DNA of 64,000 nt, taken from contig JAQBYT010000002.1 of assembly GCA_027622665.1 (NCBI GenBank), positions 192,001 to 256,000 on the forward strand. Reading direction: 5' to 3'. Source of the DNA: Verrucomicrobiota bacterium. GTDB taxonomy: Bacteria; Verrucomicrobiota; Verrucomicrobiia; Opitutales; Seribacteraceae. Position numbers and translations under genes: made by a program. Below the pieces are notes generated by a model. That model did not search any database. It had not been told where the DNA came from and saw nothing but the letters and a program-made list of their open reading frames with translations. This document shows, piece after piece, positions 59,610 to 64,000 of the stretch (its first letter is position 1; each line of letters opens with the position of its first letter).

Positions 59610-60953
59610 TTATTCTTCGAGCTTAAGAGGAACTGCGTTCAAAGCTTTCATTTCCTCGCCTGAATCAAGATTCAAAACATGAAGTTTTCCCTCCGATCCA
59701 GCGGCCATGATCGTATTGGTTGCAGGATGAAACGCGAGCGTGAAAACCGGACTTCCAATGTTAATCATTTTATGTCGTTTTCCATTTTCCGTTTTGAACA
59801 CATGCACTTCACCCTTGTCTCCACCGGCGGCAAACAAGGAACCATCACGGTTAAAGGCAATGGCTTGAATCGGCGGCGTGATCGGTTCGGATTCCCGCAA
59901 ATAACTTTTTTCGGCATTATCACCTTCAGCCAATCGACCACCACGCGGTTCCATTTTGTGCAGTCGAATACGACCATGTTCTCCACCGTGGGCAACAATG
60001 GGTTCTGACGGATGACGGGCCAGACAAAGTTCGGGATCACGAGGAATGTTTACGTCGTCCACCAATTGACCGCTCTCTACATCGATGAGCTTGATCAATT
60101 TATCCCTACTTGCTGAAACTAGGCGTTTCCCGTCAGGCGTAAACGCCGTGTCTAAGACCCAGTCGGTATGATTGTCGCATCGCATGATTTCCCTTCCGTT
60201 CTTAACGGCAAAAATCCGCACCAGTTTATCCGCCCCGCCGACCGCTATCTTTTGACTGTCCGGCGACCATGAAACCCCGTAAAGGGCATCCCTCGAAGCG
60301 CGAATTCGTCGCTCCAGTTTTTGTGCTTTCACATCCCATATTTGCAGTTCGCCAAATTCTGCGGGAATCCCCCCGGATGCGGCGAGTCGAAGACCATCTG
60401 GAGAAAAAGCCAATGATTCAATACGAGGCAACGCACCCAGCAACCTGGCGTGGACATTCATCGTCCTGCTGTTGTAAAGGAGTATCTCATGATAGCCCGT
60501 TACGGCAAGCAATCCACCGTCCGGACTGTAGGCGAGGCCGGAGACGGATGGGTTGCTCGTATATACCGGCGGGGTTGTCGGTGGTTGAAAAAAGTCGGGA
60601 GCATGTTTCGGTGTATCGTCGCGGGCGCCTTCAAGTACCCAACGATGAAGGAGGCGGATCTCTTCGGTTCGTAAGGTTTCTCCCTTGGGTGGCATTTCCG
60701 GCTCATCTCCAGACACTTGATTTACCATCAGGCTTAGATCGGGATGCCCTGGTTTGAAAATTGCACCGCTCTTCCCACCTTTTTGGAGGCCTGTGTACGT
60801 GGTGAGATCCAGCTTTCCCTTCAGCTGCACCGGGCGATGACAGGAAACACAGTTAGCCTTGAAAAGCGGGCGTACATCATGAAACCAGCTCACTGGTTCG
60901 GCGGCACAGGTGAATCCAACGAACAAGAAGCATGAGAATAGTATTCTGATCAT
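59610..60953 (-). CDS. Planctomycete cytochrome c + WD40 repeat protein
   Basis: CVSCH...EMPP...WVLEGA; WD40 repeats (LAYSPDG, LAFSPDG, HTDWV..AFTPDG); ATG 60953 overlaps the upstream stop. Confidence 0.9.
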   Translation of the reverse strand: MIRILFSCFLFVGFTCAAEPVSWFHDVRPLFKANCVSCHRPVQLKGKLDLTTYTGLQKGGKSGAIFKPGHPDLSLMVNQVSGDEPEMPPKGETLRTEEIRLLHRWVLEGARDDTPKHAPDFFQPPTTPPVYTSNPSVSGLAYSPDGGLLAVTGYHEILLYNSRTMNVHARLLGALPRIESLAFSPDGLRLAASGGIPAEFGELQIWDVKAQKLERRIRASRDALYGVSWSPDSQKIAVGGADKLVRIFAVKNGREIMRCDNHTDWVLDTAFTPDGKRLVSASRDKLIKLIDVESGQLVDDVNIPRDPELCLARHPSEPIVAHGGEHGRIRLHKMEPRGGRLAEGDNAEKSYLRESEPITPPIQAIAFNRDGSLFAAGGDKGEVHVFKTENGKRHKMINIGSPVFTLAFHPATNTIMAAGSEGKLHVLNLDSGEEMKALNAVPLKLEE

Positions 60954-61729
60954 TTTGACGTTTCGGAGACCTTGAGCGTATAAGCATGCCATTCACTGCC
61001 CAATCGATGGGCATCCTGCAGAACCACAAACCAGTTTGCTTCAACTGGAGGGGAAAAAACAAAATTGGGGTCACGATCCAAACCAGAATCATCCTGTCCC
61101 GCGACTTGACTTCCATTGTGATCAAAGATCGTGACGAACGGATCGAGCAGGTTTGTCCTGGTGTTGGTCATAACCGAAATTCGAATCTTTTGCCCGGCTT
61201 TCAATGAAATAGAAAATACATCCACGTCTTTCTCGTTATTGATTTCACCGAAAACGGATTGGCTTACCTTGATCGGTTGAGCGTCTTTGAACCCTTGATT
61301 CGGTTCTTTTTCGGGAATTTCTTTTTCTCCTGCGACTCGACAGGTCATGGGCTCTGTCTGCCCGCCCTCCGTCATGATGCGGACATTAAACGCTTTGCCG
61401 ATCCAATTCGCGGGAATAGAGCATTTCGCCATGCACATCGTCGATCCGATTTCCTTATTGTCGAATCCCTTGATTTCCCCCAAATCAGCTTTTTTATCAG
61501 TGGGATCGAATTCGAATGTTTCCCCGTCCAATTCAAGGATCATTTTTATTGCCTTATCCAGGTGGTCCCCCCGGAGCTGAATTGGGAGATCGGAGCCGAT
61601 GGGTATCAATAATGGAGCGATGATACGAGCCACCGGCAATTCAGGTTTCGCCGGAGGTTCTTTTTTCTCCTCTGCGCGGGCGACACTTGAAAGGAGATTC
61701 AGGCTCAATATACAAATCAACGCTCGCAC
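60950..61729 (-). CDS. PPC (pre-peptidase C-terminal) domain secreted protein
   Basis: EKEPN...AQPI...GEI...DVDVF...GQ...LDP..TIFD.NG...DD...DP. Confidence 0.8.
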   Translation of the reverse strand: MRALICILSLNLLSSVARAEEKKEPPAKPELPVARIIAPLLIPIGSDLPIQLRGDHLDKAIKMILELDGETFEFDPTDKKADLGEIKGFDNKEIGSTMCMAKCSIPANWIGKAFNVRIMTEGGQTEPMTCRVAGEKEIPEKEPNQGFKDAQPIKVSQSVFGEINNEKDVDVFSISLKAGQKIRISVMTNTRTNLLDPFVTIFDHNGSQVAGQDDSGLDRDPNFVFSPPVEANWFVVLQDAHRLGSEWHAYTLKVSETSK

Positions 61730-61732
61730 GAT

Positions 61733-63025
61733 TTAACCGTATAACTCGTGAATGGGTGCACCTGTACTCAAGCTCGCCGTAGGCCGACCATCTGGCATGA
61801 GAATCTCCTCGCGAGGATCGATGCCAAGTGCCTCGTAAATCGTCCAAGCGACATCCGCCGGACTGATTGGTCGATCGATCACATAGGCGCCGTTTTTATC
61901 CGAGGCCCCAATCACCTGACCCTGTTGCACTCCGGCGCCAGCAAACAGCATACAGCCGGCATGATTCCAGTGGTCACGCCCTTTCTTGTCATTCACCTTC
62001 GGGGACCGGCCAAATTCTCCAAAAACGGCGACCAATGTATCCTTCAGCGTTCCACGTTGTTCCATATCCTTCATGAAAGCCGAGAAGCCCTGATCGAATT
62101 CCGGCAGTTTTTTATCAAGGCCTTCAAAAATCTTGGCGTGATGATCCCAGCCGGAATAGTTAACGGTGACAAATCGAACTCCGTGCTCCACTAGACGTCG
62201 GGCCATCAAACAACTTTGACCGAAGGTGTGGTGGCCATATTTCTCGCGCAGTTTTACGTCTTCTTTTTCCAAGTCGAACGCACCGCGGGCTTTTGGCGAA
62301 AGAACCATGTTGACCGCTTTCTTACCAAACTCGTCAAAGGTTGAAATCCGGTCGTCCGCCTCCACCCTGCGGGCCAATTGATCAATCGCGGTCAACAATT
62401 TTTGTCGACGCTCCATGACGAACTGCGTCGTTCCGTGGGTCAGGCCCAAGTCACGAACTTTGAAATCTTTTTGATTAGGATCTCCGCACTTAAACGATTC
62501 ATATCGTCCGCCAAGCCAGGCGCTCTTGCCTAACTCCCAGGTGAAAGAAGGATTCTTCGGTACTGCAACGTACGGTGGCATGATGCCGCTGAAACCGGCA
62601 TCATGCGCAACGACGGCGCCGATCGCCGGATGATCGCCGCGAGCCGAACCGAACCGTCCTGACAGCACCCAGTTGCTCGCCGTCTCGTGATGGTTGTTCG
62701 TGTGCGATTGGGAGCGAACGAGGGTTAATTTATCCATGACCTGTGCCGTCTTTGGCAACAACTCGCCGATGCGCAATCCTGTGACCGAAGTCGATATTGT
62801 TCCGTACTTCCCTCGAATCTCCTCCACCGCATCGGGTTTGGGATCGAAAGAATCATGATGCGAAATACCGCCGCCGAGAAAGATAAGGATAACCGACTTA
62901 GCTCGGGCAACGGATGGCCGGCTTTCGGAAGCGTACAACGCAGGAAGGGACAAACCCAACGGGGCCAGTGCCCCAACCTGCAGGAAGCTTCGCCGAGAAT
63001 AGGTGTTTGGTATAATTTTGATCAT
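61733..63025 (-). CDS. DUF1501 family Tat-exported protein
   Basis: SRRSFLQVG; AKSVILIFL.GG.SH.DSFDPKP; FGQSCLMARRLVE.GV; WDHH; GEFGRSP; GRDHW. Confidence 0.93.
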   Translation of the reverse strand: MIKIIPNTYSRRSFLQVGALAPLGLSLPALYASESRPSVARAKSVILIFLGGGISHHDSFDPKPDAVEEIRGKYGTISTSVTGLRIGELLPKTAQVMDKLTLVRSQSHTNNHHETASNWVLSGRFGSARGDHPAIGAVVAHDAGFSGIMPPYVAVPKNPSFTWELGKSAWLGGRYESFKCGDPNQKDFKVRDLGLTHGTTQFVMERRQKLLTAIDQLARRVEADDRISTFDEFGKKAVNMVLSPKARGAFDLEKEDVKLREKYGHHTFGQSCLMARRLVEHGVRFVTVNYSGWDHHAKIFEGLDKKLPEFDQGFSAFMKDMEQRGTLKDTLVAVFGEFGRSPKVNDKKGRDHWNHAGCMLFAGAGVQQGQVIGASDKNGAYVIDRPISPADVAWTIYEALGIDPREEILMPDGRPTASLSTGAPIHELYG

Positions 63026-63034
63026 TGTTTTCCT

Positions 63035-64000
63035 CTAATGATTAAAAGCAAATTCCTTTGAATTCAAGAGTGCCCAGAACAAATCGCGTACAACGTCTTC
63101 GCGGTTGCCTGATTCAATCAGCTCCCCAACCAGCTTCGTTTCCTCTGCAGTCGGTTTACGTGCTACCGTTACCGCATACATTTGCTGAATACTCTTATCC
63201 AAATCCTTTTCTTGCAGCCATCCGGCCAGACGCCCGTTTTTGTCATGAAGCCGCTGCTGTACTTCAGCCCCGTTACGCAGGTGTAGCATCTGGGGCAAGG
63301 TCACATCGCTTTCGCGTTCGCAAGCACAAGCGGAAACCCGTTCAGAGCGACCAAAGACGGAAAGGAAATAGGAATCGATATCTGGCTCAGGTAACTGAAT
63401 GGCCCGCAGACCGACCGGGTAACTGTCAAACCGGCTAGGAACGCCCGTCGCTTGAGCGATCGCATCCAGCATCACTTCGGCAGGTAGACGTTTCGGTCTA
63501 TAACGAGAGAAAAATCGGGTGTCGTTCACATTGCCCTTAAGGGTGTCAGAGCTAAGCGCATAGGCCCGAGATGTCAGGATTAGTTGCATGAGTTGCCTGA
63601 GGTCGAAACCGCTATCGGCGAAGGATTTGTTCAGCGTATTCCACAAGGCCGGATTCGACGGCGGATTGCTATCCCGAAGGTCATCCACCGGTTCCACGAT
63701 ACCCGCGCCAAAAAAATGTTTCCAGATTCGATTCACCATGGCTCCGGAAAATTCCGAACGGCCTACCATCCAGTCAACCAAAGCCTCCCGAGGATCTTCG
63801 CCACCTTCCACCTTCAGCGCTTTTCGATCCAAGGTTTGAGGAGGCAATTGTTTATGAGTCCGAGGTTGCCGGACGGTCAATTTCTGATCCGCCAGATCCG
63901 TCAATCGCTTGCGTTGATGCTCCAAGTCTTTGTTTTTCTTCTCGATCTCTTCCTTGGACTTCCCTTCCTGTTTCATTTTCGCCACTTCATCAATCAACTT
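63035..64000 (-). CDS. DUF1553 (DUF1549/DUF1553) protein, 5'-partial
   Basis: DPR.AL.DW, VNRIW.HFFG.GIV.PVDD, NPPSNP.L, RLPAEV.LD, FGR..R...C.CER, WALLNSKEF..NH. Confidence 0.9.
   Translation of the reverse strand, partial: KLIDEVAKMKQEGKSKEEIEKKNKDLEHQRKRLTDLADQKLTVRQPRTHKQLPPQTLDRKALKVEGGEDPREALVDWMVGRSEFSGAMVNRIWKHFFGAGIVEPVDDLRDSNPPSNPALWNTLNKSFADSGFDLRQLMQLILTSRAYALSSDTLKGNVNDTRFFSRYRPKRLPAEVMLDAIAQATGVPSRFDSYPVGLRAIQLPEPDIDSYFLSVFGRSERVSACACERESDVTLPQMLHLRNGAEVQQRLHDKNGRLAGWLQEKDLDKSIQQMYAVTVARKPTAEETKLVGELIESGNREDVVRDLFWALLNSKEFAFNH

Noticed and set aside
1..64000. CRISPR arrays, tRNA/rRNA, IS elements, integrases, phage or defence genes
   Set aside because: No regularly spaced repeats, RNA-gene signatures or relevant protein motifs were seen by eye; small RNAs cannot be excluded without a covariance search.

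Overview
A 64-kb accessory region from a PVC-superphylum bacterium (Verrucomicrobiota- or Planctomycetota-like gene content). Nearly every intact gene encodes an exported protein. The dominant feature is an array of six intact two-gene cassettes, each a Sec-exported di-heme protein (Planctomycete cytochrome c + DUF1592/DUF1588/DUF1585) next to a twin-arginine DUF1552 (HXXSHH) protein, plus two decayed cassette remnants. The cassettes fall into two subtypes in which both partners co-vary. Interspersed are three sulfatases, three SGNH/SASA acetylesterases, two giant hydrolase-LamG-propeller-cytochrome c fusions (DMFase-like and ceramidase-like), an FG-GAP/ASPIC fusion, and a transglutaminase-like protein carrying an apparently circularly permuted FGE/SUMF1 domain. 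A DUF1553-DUF1501-PPC-cytochrome/WD40 operon lies at the right edge. Several pseudogenes and chimeras indicate active deletion and domain shuffling. I saw no rRNA, tRNA, CRISPR array, transposase or integrase. All family calls come from motif recognition by eye, not database searches.
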